Positions 13,861 to 27,097 of a stretch of 64,000 nucleotides of DNA are shown here, piece by piece. Position 1 is the first letter of the stretch, and every line of letters begins with the position of its first letter. The position numbers and the translations under genes were made by a program. The notes under the pieces are model-generated. The model saw only the letters and a list, made by a program, of their open reading frames with translations. It ran no database searches and was not told the origin of the DNA. Where the stretch lies: contig NC_089431.1 of assembly GCF_026210795.1 (NCBI RefSeq), positions 5,580,001 through 5,644,000 of the forward strand, written 5' to 3'. The stretch is from Rhizophagus irregularis. Lineage: Eukaryota.

Positions 13861-16800
13861 TAAAAAATTCCGACTAGAGGCCGAAATCAATATTTTAACG
13901 ATTTTTTAATTCCGGCCAAAGTATTTTGGCCAGAATTAAGTGACAAAAAAAATTGTTAGATTTAATGCCAGCCCGAATTAAGTTTAATCGGCCGATTAAT
14001 ATTTATTGTTTTAACACAATTTTCAATTTATTATATAAAAAATAAAAAAATTTTTTTTTTTTACGTGACAACTACTATACTGTTATTTAATAATTGGATT
14101 AGTCGGGCAAGTTTATTTTTTACGAATTCTTGAATAATAGAAATGTCTTTATTCAGGTCTGCCGGTACAATGTAAAATTATGACGCGTTCATGAACTAAA
14201 TATATTAGGAATGACGTTATCCTTCACAGGATTAGATTTTGACTTGCGCACAACTTGAAAGTTTCTTATTCAAAGTCAGATTATTAGTAGGGATGAAATC
14301 AATTCGGTTCAAAACCGACGGTTTGAATCTGCAGTTTGAAACTTTAGGATGAATTTATTTAAATGATTTTCAATTAAATTAAGTATTTCAAAATAAACTA
14401 AATTATTTTGCTAAACAATTATGGAAATTATCTAACTTGTTATTCTTAATTCATAATTTATCGTCAATATTCCATTTTAGGAGCAAAGTTCAAATTAAAT
14501 TTTTTATTTTTATACAATCCTAACATTTCATACTAAAACCGTCAATACCCCTTTTTTTAATTTTAAATCGCGCGTTATTACCATAATGAGTTGTTTGTAT
14601 TTTTGTAACTGTTTGTTTATTTTATAAATTTACTATAAATAAACGGTATATTAAAAATACAATTAAAAAATCATATGATATTGTAATAATTAATAAACAT
14701 CGCGAGGTATTTTTTCCAATTATTTAACGCCAAGTGCTAATTTTGCGCACCAATCTTATTAAAGATTTTTGTGTATGGCTATTTATTATTATTTATTATT
14801 ATCACGAAAAAAAAAATAAAAATTATCGAAGGCGCAATCCATACCTAACAAATTCGGGATGGCATAGAAAAACGGGAAATTCTGCTAGTGCAATTATCCG
14901 GAAACCTTAGCCGCAAATGCCCGGTTTAATCGCGGGAATCTCATGAAATATCATGATGACTGATAAAATCCATACGACGACGTATTCGTTTCGTCGGAAA
15001 AATCCTAATGTTAAATTGTATAGTTTAGACGTGATTTTCATCATTGTGTCCTTGATGGTCCCGATCATCATAGGGGGTGGAAAAGGGGAAAGGAAAAAGA
15101 ATTTGTAATTGTATTCAGAGATGGGCTGTCGATGAAAACTGGGCGGGGCTGTCGATGAAAAACTGGGCAGGTTTATCGGGTGTAGTGAAACGAATATTAA
15201 TTGATTTTTTTAACTGGAATTGGATAAAATATTTTAATATATCCCATTACAGTAAAAAAAAAAATAGACTAAAAAATGATTAACAAACTATAAATATTTT
15301 ACCCGCGAACACACAATCACATGATCAACAAAATCTAAGCCAAGCGCTTATCTTTACGAAAAAGAGTACAACTTTAAATTCTGATCGGTATTAAAATATT
15401 ATTGATATGAAACCATAAAATAATTATTAATATTTTACCCGTTTTTTTTAATTACCCGTACCCGTATTATTCAGTATTCCAGGTAATTCACAATTTTAGG
15501 TGCATATAATCAAACTTTCTTTATTTGTTTGTTTTTGGAATATAAAACTTGACTAATACAGCATACCATACAAGAAATACTATACTAATTATTTCAAAAC
15601 CAATCGGTCTAGACTTTTCTTTTGTGTGCTTACGGTTAGCAATTTACGAGGTCATAATTACACAATTAAAAATAATAAATTGTATTTATATCGCCAATTT
15701 TTAGTATTTGTATCTTTCCGTTTATTTTATTATTAGAAACGTTTTTGTAAAATAAAAATGTATTTGCAAATGAAAAAAAAAAATATTCCTAAAAATGTTT
15801 CGAGAAAACAAGCAGACTTTTCTTAATTACTAAAATATTTACCATGACTGCGCCACTACTGCGCTTCACCAATCATATGTTATTATTTGTTGGACAACTA
15901 TAAAATGATTGTCGTAATGATTATTATTGTTTTTTTTTTTTCGGGGGATTTTTTAATCCTTTAATCTTAAATGATTGATTGATTACACATGAAGAATATC
16001 AAGATATTATGTTAAAAAAGGTAAAGCCACTATAATTGTAGATGTATAAAAATAATCAAACTACTGAGGCGTTCGGATCTCGACTTCTCGAAATTTATTT
16101 ATAAATTATAAATGATATAAAATACTTTTTACTCTATAAAGAAATATCAAAGAAAAGCCATCAAATCCAGAACAAGTTTAATAACTTGATTTAAAGGGAT
16201 TCATATTTAGGTATAATTCGAGAAATGTTACGTACTTTTTGCGATATGTTTGCATTTTGTGGTTTCAATTATGATACACTAGGATCATTGTAAATCTTGT
16301 ACTTACCAATTTTGGTATGTTGGCGCTTCAACTTAAGGTTTCTGAGGCGCAATCGCATGGTATTGAATTACATTATAATAAAAATATATACGTACTTGTA
16401 GAACAAAAAAAAATAAGTAAATAAAATCAAAATCAAAAATATAAAAATATTCGAGCATGTTTTTTCCAAAATTATTTTAGTTTACGCTAACGTAAAATTC
16501 CTCAATCAATATCACATGAGCATAATATAAAAGTAACTTTCCGCCTAATTAATTTCCCAATGAAAAAGTGGGAAGAACGAATATAGTAATAAACTACCTT
16601 AAATTCTTTATTTGAAAAAAAAAAAAGAAATAAGCATTGCGATAATCTTTACCACTTTGGTTTGATCGTTGAGAGAATGATATTTTCTTTTTTAATTATG
16701 AAAATAACGCCAAGTATCTAAATTTTAATTTGAATAAAAAAAAATTCTTTTTTTTTATTATATGTATCATTATCTCATTTATGTATTAAAAAGCGCGAAA

Positions 16801-17223
16801 AATATAAAATTACGTTACGAAATAAATTTCTAATTATCATTGTAAAAACCGGCAATCCCATTAAAAATTTAAACATATAAGGTAAAGCTGATTAACAAGA
16901 AAAAAAATAGAACCCCAAAAATACCCCTTTTAATTTTTCTCTTTTTTTCTTTTCTTCTTTTTTTTTATTTTTACAAATATATTATATAAATGATTTATAT
17001 AAACTTTTTCTTAAATTGTCGCCATTTAAAATTGTGATTTATATAACTAAACTATAATAAGGTGTTTGTAACTGTTTATTTTTTTTTAAAAAAAAAATAA
17101 TAATAATATAAACGGAGTAGCATAGTACGAGAGACTTTTTTTGTTTTTTTTTTTTTTTAAAAAACACAAACTTCCTTTATTTTTACTCCCCCCTTTTCTT
17201 CTTTTCTCCTTTTTTAATGCAAA

Positions 17224-19027
17224 ATGTTTTATGTTTTTCTTTTACAATTTTTTGTAATATCATTTTCGTTAACGATATTAGTAGAATCAGCAACAAATGC
17301 AAGATATGCACACGTTTCAGCACTAATTAACGATCAATTATTTATAATAGGAGGTCAACCTACTAGTTTTCAATTGAAAGGATCAAATGATGTATTTTAT
17401 TTAGATTTAAAAAAATCATTTAATTTGCAAGATCCATCGTTAGTAGATATAACTAGAACATCGGGAATGCCATTAACAATTTCATGGGCGAGTAGTACTG
17501 TAGTAAATAAAGATGGGATATTAATATATGGAGGTTATACTTGGAGTTTAAATTCTGGTAATTTAGATAATGGTGACAATGCTTTATATTTATTTAATGC
17601 AACTACAAAACAATGGACAATACCAACTGTAAGTGGTGCTCCACCACCTAAAAGGAGGGAAATGAAAATTGTTTCTGATAATAATGAAAACATTTTTATT
17701 TATGGTGGAATTCAATTGGGTGAAAATCCTCAATGGTATACGGATATGAATATTCTAGATGCTCAATCTGAATTCAGATGGGAATTAATTCAAATGAAAA
17801 ATTCTCCAACTTATCCTAGAGCTGATTATACTGCTACTATGTTACCGAATGGTGTGATTGTTTATATTGGTGGTAGAACTCGTGCAGTAAGAGATGCTTC
17901 AATTTTGGAAACTGAATTGAATATAAAACAGGTATTTAATTTAATCGATTATGTTCAAAAAGAATTTATTTTTATTATTATTATTAAGAAAAAAAAATTC
18001 TGATTTTTAGATTACATTATATGATACAAAAGATGCTACCTGGTATCCAATGGTAAATATTATAAATATACATTTATATATATATGTGTATAGTATTTAT
18101 TTATTTAACCTTTGCAATTAATTTACTAGGAAACGAGCGGAGAATTAATAGATAATAGGAATAGTCATTCAGCAGTATTGACACCGGATGGAAAAATAAT
18201 AATATATGGAGGAGCGCAAGGACCTAATTTAATAACAGCATCGCCAAGTTTAGCTATATTGGATACAAGTACTTCAGTATATACGTGGTCAGTACCTACG
18301 ATATCTTCACAGTTTAGTCCTCCCCCATTGATTCTTCACACTGCAGATTTATATGGTGATTACATGATTGTCGCCTTCGGTCAGTAAATTTTGAACACTT
18401 TTTTTTTTTTTTTTTTTTTTCCTTTTATCCTCTAAAGTATTAAATTTTTTTTTATTTCAATTAGGAAATGTAACTAATGGAGCAACATCACCTGTAGAAA
18501 TAAATTCAGGGATATATATGCTAGATACAAAAACATTTTCGTGGATAACATCATATACCCCAAATTCAACTTCTCCATCTGATAAAAACGATCCAATTTC
18601 AATTGGAATAATAATAGGAATAGTATGTGCGATAATAGTATTTTTAGTTGTAGCTAGTATAATAGGATGGATTTTTTATAAAAGATATAGGGAAAATAAT
18701 AATATAGAGCATGCTATTCCTACACCTGGAAGTGGAATGGACAGAGTTGAAAGAGATGAAAGAGATGAAAGAGACGAAAGAGATGAATTTGGTGGTAATA
18801 GAATTAGTAATATTACTAGTGTTACCGACAATAGTAACAACGAAAATGTCAGGAATAGTTCAACCACAGACGTTACTGTTATATCTCATTCTAGACCTAC
18901 TTCTACCTACAAAAGTACTAGTAATTATGGGTCAACCCCTTATGTTCCTTCATATACTCCTCCACCTTATTACACTCCACATGGCGGTTTTACTCCCAAA
19001 AATCCCCCATATAGTACAAGAAATTAA
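17224..19027 (+). CDS. Kelch/galactose-oxidase beta-propeller single-pass membrane protein (4 exons)
   Basis: Signal peptide. Kelch motifs (LFIIGG, IFIYGG, YTATMLPNGVIVYIGG). Exons about 17224-17931, 18011-18052, 18130-18379 and 18465-19027. TM helix IGIIIGIVCAIIVFLVVASIIGWIF. S/T/P/Y-rich tail. Confidence 0.9.
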
Positions 19028-19409
19028 TGTAAATTTTTCTTTTTAAATAATTTAATAGAATTTGTAATAATAATAAAAAAAAAAACTAATGAAAATTATT
19101 TAGATTTTCGGTAAAATCTCGGTTCAAACTTATTCCATTTTTAATTTTATTAATTCCAAATACTCCGATACAAAAGTTATTTTAAGTTTGGCTTTTGTTT
19201 TTATTTTCTAAAAATAAGTTATTGTGTAATAAATTTCCATGTTAACCAGCAGAATTGTTTGTATAAAGGTGCATTCGTGTAAAAAAATGAGGCGCAGTCA
19301 ATTTTGTGTAAAAACTTAATTTTAAGTACATGTAATATGTTCCGTTCCGGTTTGATTAGACAACTACGTGATATATTGTCAATCCCCGTATAGTCAGCTA
19401 CCACGCCCG

Positions 19410-20208
19410 AGAGCAAATACCATGGGCGTTCTTGAATAGACTATATAACGCAACCAGATGAATTCGTCCCAATTGGAAGTCCCGTGTTATGGTCCATCTT
19501 AATCTTTAATTTTGGTTATACGCGGAAATTGAAAATCCTGTTATTTAATCTTACGCTAATATCCGTTTTCTTTGAAAAAAAAAAAAAAGATTGAGAAGTC
19601 TTCGATAATATCGAAGAACAAATTTATGGACAATCAGCATTTTCATTGAAAGGTGATAGTGATAATAATGAAAGCCATCGAATTAAAAAATAAAAAAGTA
19701 AAAGTTTAACGCCCTAAAAGTAGAGTCATTTAGTGTAGCATTCAACATTTTTGTCCGGTGAATTCTCAATTTCGACTACAAACATGCGAAAATTTTAGCA
19801 TTTATAGATTTAAATTCAAACGAGTTTAATATATCATACCTCCACCTATAATTCAATGTGAAAATTTGAAAACTATAAATCTAGAAAGCATTCTTTTACG
19901 GGTCCAATACTGGTCCAATTCCAGCTGAATTGTCCAAATTACAATTAACCGATTTACTATACGTAACTGGAGAAATTTCGATGATATAATTTTAAACAGA
20001 TTGTATGTTGTTTAATAATAATAATATTATTATTATTGTATAATAAATAAATATATACAATTTAATCTTTTCTAGGAGATTGGCTGTTAATGCGTTGACT
20101 GGTTCTATACCGGATAATATCTGCCAAAGGAATCATTCATTTTGTGACCTACGACTAACCCAATTTACGTCCTTTCCTGCAACATGTAACGTGTGTACAC
20201 TTGAATAA
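19410..20208 (+). pseudogene. Degraded leucine-rich-repeat gene with plant-type LxxNxLT/SGxIP repeats
   Basis: Fragments FNILSGEF, DLNSNEF..IPPPIIQCENLKT and TGPIPAELSKLQLTDL. Last exon 20076-20208 reads RLAVNALTGSIPDNICQRN...CTLE*. Several frameshifts and stops. Confidence 0.7.
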
Positions 20209-20225
20209 TTGCATTTTATTTTAAT

Positions 20226-20380
20226 AAATTATGGGGTTCCTTAATGTACAGTGATATTAATGTACGAACTGGCCGGAATTAACGTTAACGCTATCGTGTA
20301 AGTGCATAACTCCCAAATTCGGGCCAGTTCGTACGTTAATATCGTATATCCTTACTGTATGTTAAGGACGTCCATAAATT
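20226..20380. mobile_element. Foldback/MITE-like palindrome
   Basis: Inverted arms TTATGG..CCTTAATGTACAGT / ACTGTATGTTAAGG..CCATAA and GATATTAATGTACGAACTGGCC / GGCCAGTTCGTACGTTAATATC. Confidence 0.7.
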
Positions 20381-21835
20381 ATATATAATATTAGTGAATA
20401 TCACGTATATGAATATAATTTAGTTAATAAAAATAAAATAGAATAATTAATTAATTAATAAGGATTTACAGAAAAAACTTCGTCGTCGTTTTATTCGATT
20501 GTTTTCAATTATTTTCTTTAAAATTATGATCAAAATAAATTCAATAAAATTTTATATGAATACCTAGTAGATTATTATTAAATTTTGCAATCAGAGATAG
20601 TCTAAAATCATGTTTGTTAAAAATCACGTAAATTAAAAGCCATTAAAGAAGAAATATTTACGCGTCTAGAAAATTTTATTAGTAATACTGTATATTGATA
20701 ACAAATAGGAATCGTCTTATTATAAAATCTTTAAAAATAAAAAATCTCAGAAATCGGAATTATTAATTTTTTCTTTTCGTAAAATACCAAAATTTCAAAA
20801 ATTTCATTGTATAAACAATTTGTTATTGTGAAGCAATTGTATTGACAACCTTTTGAGACATTGTTCAGAAAAAGCTTTTATTTTACCCCAGATCTGTTCC
20901 TTTCGTCCTATTTGTCCTAAAACTATCTATCCTGCAATTCTACGCTTCTAATCAGATTTGTAAGCAAATCTTTTCCGAAAGGATTCTTGAGACTGTAACA
21001 AAAATTATTACAAAAAAAAATTTTATATTTTACAAATTGTTCAAGAAAACCCAATTTTTGAATATATTATAACAAAAATAATGATTATTTTTAAAATGAA
21101 TGAAAAAGGTGGAAACAATCTTTGTAATATCCGTTATAGAATACAAAAAATCATTATTTAAATGACAATATAAGAAAAGCTTAATCAAATAACTAGATTC
21201 TAGGAAGTACTAGGATCGATTAAATATTAATATAATTTATTTATAGTGATTTCGATTAGGGATCATGGACAAAATCAAATATTTTACAATAGCTCATTTT
21301 CTCATTTTTTTTTCACAAATTATTGTTGAGCACTTGGGCTGCAACCGGCGAAAAAGTAGTATCAATAGCAATTTATTGTTAATAATTTTTTATTTTGTCA
21401 TTTTCTTTTTTTATTAAACATATAAACATATAATATATATACTGTATATAGAATTACTCGAACACTATTTACGTGCGTGCGGTCTTGAATAATTCCATCG
21501 GTGGTCGCTATCAGGAAAAGACAAAATATTGCTTATTTTGACAAACATGCGTTGGCAAAGGTATTACGAGGACTTCTTTTTTTACCAGCGTCACTAACTA
21601 GATAATATTTCTTTTTTTTTCTGTTTAAAAAGTTTTCGATGCGATTTTTGCGGCTTTATTGTAGCATTTGTAATAAATCGGAAAATAACTTTAGTTGGTT
21701 TAACGTGTTAAATAATAAAATACTTAATAAATCTAAGATTAATTGGAAAAGAAAGAATTAATACTATTAGGACGTATTAATTTATTATTATTTAATAAGT
21801 TAATTATTAAGCAATACTTTTTAATAATTAAATAT

Positions 21836-21988
21836 ATAAGGGGTCTGATCTAGAAAAATCAAGGTAAGAGAATTTTTTGGTAAGTTATTGTATTTTAATC
21901 TAATCATATAAAAAGTATAATGCAATAAAAATCTCAATTTTGGAAAAAAATTCTAACTTGATCTTCCTAGATCAGGAACTATCTTATA
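21836..21988. mobile_element. MITE-like inverted repeat
   Basis: CTGATCTAGAAAAATCAAG at about 21845 pairs with CTTGATCTTCCTAGATCAG at about 21957. Confidence 0.55.
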
Positions 21989-21989
21989 C

Positions 21990-22290
21990 GTATCAAATCT
22001 CACATATATCGATATGTTATGATGATTGGAACTTACAACAGGTTTAACGAACATAATAATTTATAAAATTATTGATGGAGATCGGTCTGAAATTACAAAA
22101 TTTTTTGCTAATTTAATGAAAAGATGTTGAAAGGCCAACTATTGATGAAATCTATATTTATATTATTGGGATGCTTTCAAAGTATAAAAAAGGTTGGTCC
22201 AAATTTAGAGAGAAATCTCATTCAAAGGCAATTTTTACAAGTAGGCCATCAAGTTCTTTGATAAATTTATCTTCAACTATTCATTTAATG
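21990..22290 (+). pseudogene. Kinase C-lobe fragment
   Basis: Disrupted reads WELTTG, IYKIIDGDR.EIT, FANLMKRC, RPTIDEI and EKSHSKAIFTSRP. Confidence 0.7.
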
Positions 22291-23069
22291 TGAGACTAGG
22301 TATGTTAGTATATATATTAATAATAACTTGAAATATGAATTAATCTATCAGATAATGACAGGTCAAACTTATTATTATTTCATTAAATTATTATAAGAAC
22401 TTGATACTTTTTTATTATTTATTTTTAAAATACATTGTTGGTATACTATGTAGATAAATCTTTCAATGTCTCAACACTCGAGAACTTTGATATCATTTAA
22501 ATGATTAATATTAGTATTTCTAAATTTATTATACTAAGACACTTATCACATATCTGTAGTTTGATCTGATAGTCCGTGAATAGCGTGATCAAGTAAACTA
22601 GTTAAATAATCAATAAGGTGCAGGAGAATTTTAGAAGATAAACTCTTTAAAAATTCTTAACTTGACCGAGTTTCAGTCAATTTGTGAAACTTATATTCTA
22701 TTATATTTATTGTATTGGAAAAGAAATAAAAGGAAATTTTAAGATAATAAGTGAACTAAAATTTTTCTGTAGTATACGATTACAGTTTCTGTTTCATGAA
22801 AGAAAATGCCCGATTTTTTTTAACCCACAAAAATAATTTTAGGCGAATCAGTTAAAGTCTTATTATAAAAAATTATTTAAAAATTTATTCAGATAAAAAA
22901 AAACTACTAAAAATATAAAAATAAATCATTTTTAAATATAGTAAAGATAATAACAAATTTAAAAATTATCTGTTTGTTTGCTAAGTTTTCTTAATATTTA
23001 ATAGACAAGATTTTCTATCATGTGAGTTCATATCAGAATAATATTGTCTTTGAGTCTTTCTCTATCTTT

Positions 23070-23610
23070 TGGAATCCCAAATAATTTCGTGGTATAGTAA
23101 AATCGTTGAAAGTAAATTATATAATATTTATATAAATATAATTTTGAATTATGTAACGTGTGGTTGGCTGCGTCCGATCTATTCTACATTATTTATAGTC
23201 AAATTAATTCATTAGTTGTTGGGTTACTAATCATATACTGTATATATGATTGAAGGTCCTGGTATCGAAGGGTTAATCTTTTTTTCGACATCATTCCTTT
23301 TTGATTTAATTTATTAATTTTTTTAATAAATAATTTGTGTAATCTTATTTAATAAATCATCTGACCAATCAATTTTAAGGGATTAAATGTCCTTGTCCCT
23401 ATAAAAAAAATTCAAGAAAAAATTCCGATAAATGATCATTTTTCTCGTTTTTATTCCGAAGAAACTCAGACACGTGATCATTTTTCTGAAAAATTTTTAT
23501 AGGGATTTAAAGCACCTTTTTTAATAAAAGTTTTTTTTTAGATAATTTCTTAATAATTTTTATAAAATATTTTTACAGATTTTTTTTTTTGCAATCATTT
23601 TTTAATAAAT
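23070..23610. repeat. Duplicated non-coding segment, paralogous to about 42645-43095
   Basis: Identical block ATAATTTTGAATTATGTAACGTGTGGTTGGCTGCGTCCGATCTATTCTACATTATTTATAGTC at about 23138 and 42722, plus GAAGGTCCTG..TCGAAGGGTT in both. Confidence 0.85.
23396..23505. mobile_element. Short MITE with TCCCTATAAAAA...TTTTTATAGGGA terminal inverted repeats
   Basis: TIRs seen directly. Related single ends at about 9817 and 48550-48561. Confidence 0.65.
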
Positions 23611-23879
23611 CACATGCGCACAATTTTTGAATAAAAATTCTAAAAATGATTTTTCTTAGTAAGAAATTATTTTTAATAGAAAAATGTTATCATAAACGGG
23701 GTTGATAAACATCATCTCACGTGGGTGGCTTGTACTAGAGTATGCTATATCAACCAAATTGTAGTTTTTTAATAGTTTATCATCTAGATCATTTTTCTTT
23801 CCTTTTTCGCTTCTATTTGACTTCTTTCACTCTTTAATTCTAATAAATAACCAAACTATTCCTTCCTTTGACATTTCTC

Positions 23880-24875
23880 TAATGAATCGTCAGATCGTCT
23901 ACAACAACTGCTATACGCACCGTAACTACGATTATTGTAGATGGCACATCTTTCATCTATTACACGACTCAAAATATAATTTTCTATTCTATCACATTCA
24001 AAAGGATCCAAGAATATCGTTACTGTCTTTTACTTTAACAATTGTTACTGTGCGGGGTTTATTATCACAAATTTGATGAAATTTTTCCCGTAAATGTCCA
24101 TCACGAGATGCGCGAAATAATAATTTGAATTCATATGGAGAACTCAAATTGTCTGTGATTCCTAATCTATCGATCCATTTTAAAATTAATTCAGCATGTT
24201 GATAATTTATAATTTTTGAATCAATAGTTTTTTTACTTTCCCTATTTGGTCATACCATATTCTGATTTATCACTTGGCTTGCTGTTAGGATCAAAAATGT
24301 TACTAAATTTTTATAAAAATCTGGAAATATTTTTTCATAAGGGAACAAAAATTCTTTAGAGGTTAAATTGTAGAATTCGATAAATGGAATAAATCGTTGT
24401 AAGGTAGTATTCTTTAAATTATTAAAATCATCTTGAGAACAAATTACAAGGTCAGAGGGAAGTTCAGGATTTTGAGCAAGACCTGTTCCCAAATTTGAAT
24501 TTCTCTCATTGTAAGGTTATCACTTTGAATAATTGTAACTAAAAGTTTTTCTGGAATTGAAGTTCTAAGAAAGTATCATTCTCAAAACTTGTTTGATATA
24601 TCAAATTAAAATTTTGTTCCATTCAATTTGTATTACTTTCAATCAAATGAATACAATTAACTAGTTCTTGGAGACTAAGTTCGCTAGCAGAAATTAAGAT
24701 TTTAATTATATCCTGAGTATTATATTCCTTTAAAGCATAAGAAAGTATAGTAGAAAGTTTTCTGCCATAAATATACCTAAAATACAAACATACATTATTA
24801 TGAATAATATAAGTTTATAAATTATTATATTAAGATTAGTTGAAATATTTCGGGTGTAATATTTGGTAATTTACT
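23880..24875 (-). pseudogene. BTB-BACK-TLDc pseudogene, close copy of the 40728-42177 gene
   Basis: High visible nucleotide identity to 40855-41960, with many deletions and frameshifts. Most of exon 1 is missing. Confidence 0.9.
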
Positions 24876-25139
24876 TTGCAGAAACTATTAAAATCGAAAC
24901 TATATCGTGACAAAGTCAAAATTTTATCGTAAAACTTATAGCACAATACAGTATTATACTATTACAATAAGTTTAAGTGGATCGTATGTATAAAGTTGAT
25001 GCATATTAAGGAAATCGACACCTGATTTAACCGGATCGTACAAAAATAGTATCAAAATCGTAAAATATAAATTATGGTAAATGCATATATATCCATATCC
25101 AAAAGAGACTAGAGAACTCAAATTAAGTATAAAACAACA

Positions 25140-25920
25140 CCTTAAGCCGCATGTCCAAAGAATCGCCTAAAAAAGAATAAAAACAAATCATTAGTAAAAC
25201 ATTTAGCTAAAGAAATAAATTAATAAGAAAAAAAAATATTTTTTTCGAAAGTCCTTACCGAGACAATACGCGACCAGGGACATAACCGTCTAAAAAAAAG
25301 AGAAAATTGAAATGTTAGTAAAATGTTTCACTAAAGAAATAAATTAAAAAAATATTTTTTTTGGAAGCTCTTACCGAAATAATACGTGCTCAAGGACCGG
25401 CCGTCTAAAAAAAAAAGAGGAAACCGAAACGTTAGTAAAACATTTCATTGCTGTAAATAAAAAGAACAAGAAACTCACTCACAAAATTCAACGCGTCAAA
25501 GGGAAAAAGAACTGTTAGCAAAATTTGTTGAAAAAATTTCATTTTATTTGCTGAAATCCAACCTTTCCGGCCATCCAGAAAATAAGAAAACGAAATTTGA
25601 GAAAATGTTTCGTTAAAGAATTAATTTGAAAAAAAATCTAGTTCACCAAAATTCAAAATATGAAATCCAAGTGTTCAGGCTTGCCTAAATAAAAAAGATA
25701 AAATTTGTTACGTTAACATATATTTAGTTAGGATAAATAAATTAAAATAGTGAAAAACTTGCCAAAAACGAAATCTCATGTTTCCAAAGAGACCCGAAGA
25801 ACCGCCTTAAAAAAAATGAAAATGAACTGTTAGTAGTTGTTCATTAAAATATTAAAGAAAAATAAATTAAAAACTTACAAAATATCGCGTCCTGAAGACT
25901 GAAGGAGCCACCTAAAAAGG
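25140..25920 (-). other. Cluster of short (about 30-45 nt) related exon-like units
   Basis: Repeated poly-T+AG acceptor, short GC-richer unit and GTAAG/GTGA/GCAAG donor, with CTAA branch motifs. Examples: 25289-25259, 25404-25375, 25684-25646, 25911-25879. Confidence 0.55.
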
Positions 25921-26807
25921 AAAAATAGAAACGTACAAACATTTTAAGGATTTTTTTTTTGTGAGTGTTTTTCAACGCTTTTTTTTAAATAAAATACGAA
26001 AAAGAAAGGATGGAAAGGGGAAAGGAAATAAAGTAAGGGAAATAGCGAGTAAAAGGGGAGAAAAAATAGTTTAGTTTAGACCGAACTGCGGTAGGCTTTT
26101 TCCCGATATGGAATTTTTTTTTTAGAAAATTTTTTTTTTATTACTGAAGTACGTAAATTTAGCATTAGCATTGTTAGCAAAGTAGATAGTTTAATTTCTC
26201 TTATACTTAGTTTCGATAAGTAAATAAATAAATAATAACGATAAAATTTTGAATCATGTCGTCAAATAATATTTTCTACATTGAAAAATCCCTTGGATTA
26301 ATTCTTTAAGTTAGTTTTTGCTAATATTTACCACCTATTTATCACCTATTTAAGATATTTCTTTTAAAGTATTACAACTTCGAAAAAGCGTATCATCAAC
26401 ACCGTCTGATATCACATCGTCACATGTTTTATTCTAAATCGTTGTGATTTAATAACGATCACTTAACTGCATAGTAACAAATCACAGGTTTCTGCAATGT
26501 AATATGTGCTTGCTAAAGCTGGCCAACTAAAGGAATAACATTAAGAAAATTTGCCAGATTATATGACATATCAGTTATTTTTCTTGATAAACCAAACCTA
26601 CTAATATTATGATGTACAAGTACATACCAAAGTATTTAAATAATATTAAAAATAAAAGTTAATTAAAAACAATTAGCTATTGAAATGAGTATAAAATTTT
26701 ACATTATTTAATTTTAATTTTATGCATTGGAAATGGTTTTATATACTTTTATTATTATTTGATAGTTTATATTTAATACTAATTGGAAAAGTTGTAAAAA
26801 AAACAGA

Positions 26808-27003
26808 TTTATTTAAATTACAAACTAAGAAATTTGTAAAATATTTACTACTCTAGCCCTAGTGTTTAAATAATTCTAAGAAGAGAATACATATATTTAA
26901 TATTTGTATAAAGTATAAATAAAGGAATTATTTAAATTACAAACTAAGAATCTTGTAAAATATTTTACTACTCTAGCCTTAGTGTTTAAATAATTTTAAA
27001 AAG
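26808..27003. repeat. Direct repeat of about 70 bp (2 copies)
   Basis: ATTTAAATTACAAACTAAGAA..TTGTAAAATATTT(T)ACTACTCTAGCC.TAGTGTTTAAATAATT at about 26811 and 26930. Confidence 0.8.
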
Positions 27004-27097
27004 AATAAAATGAAAAACAATTTCTGTTGAATGCATGATATCAAATATCACTTATAAAGAAAAAAGATAAATCTTTTTTAAAATAATAAATAATTAT

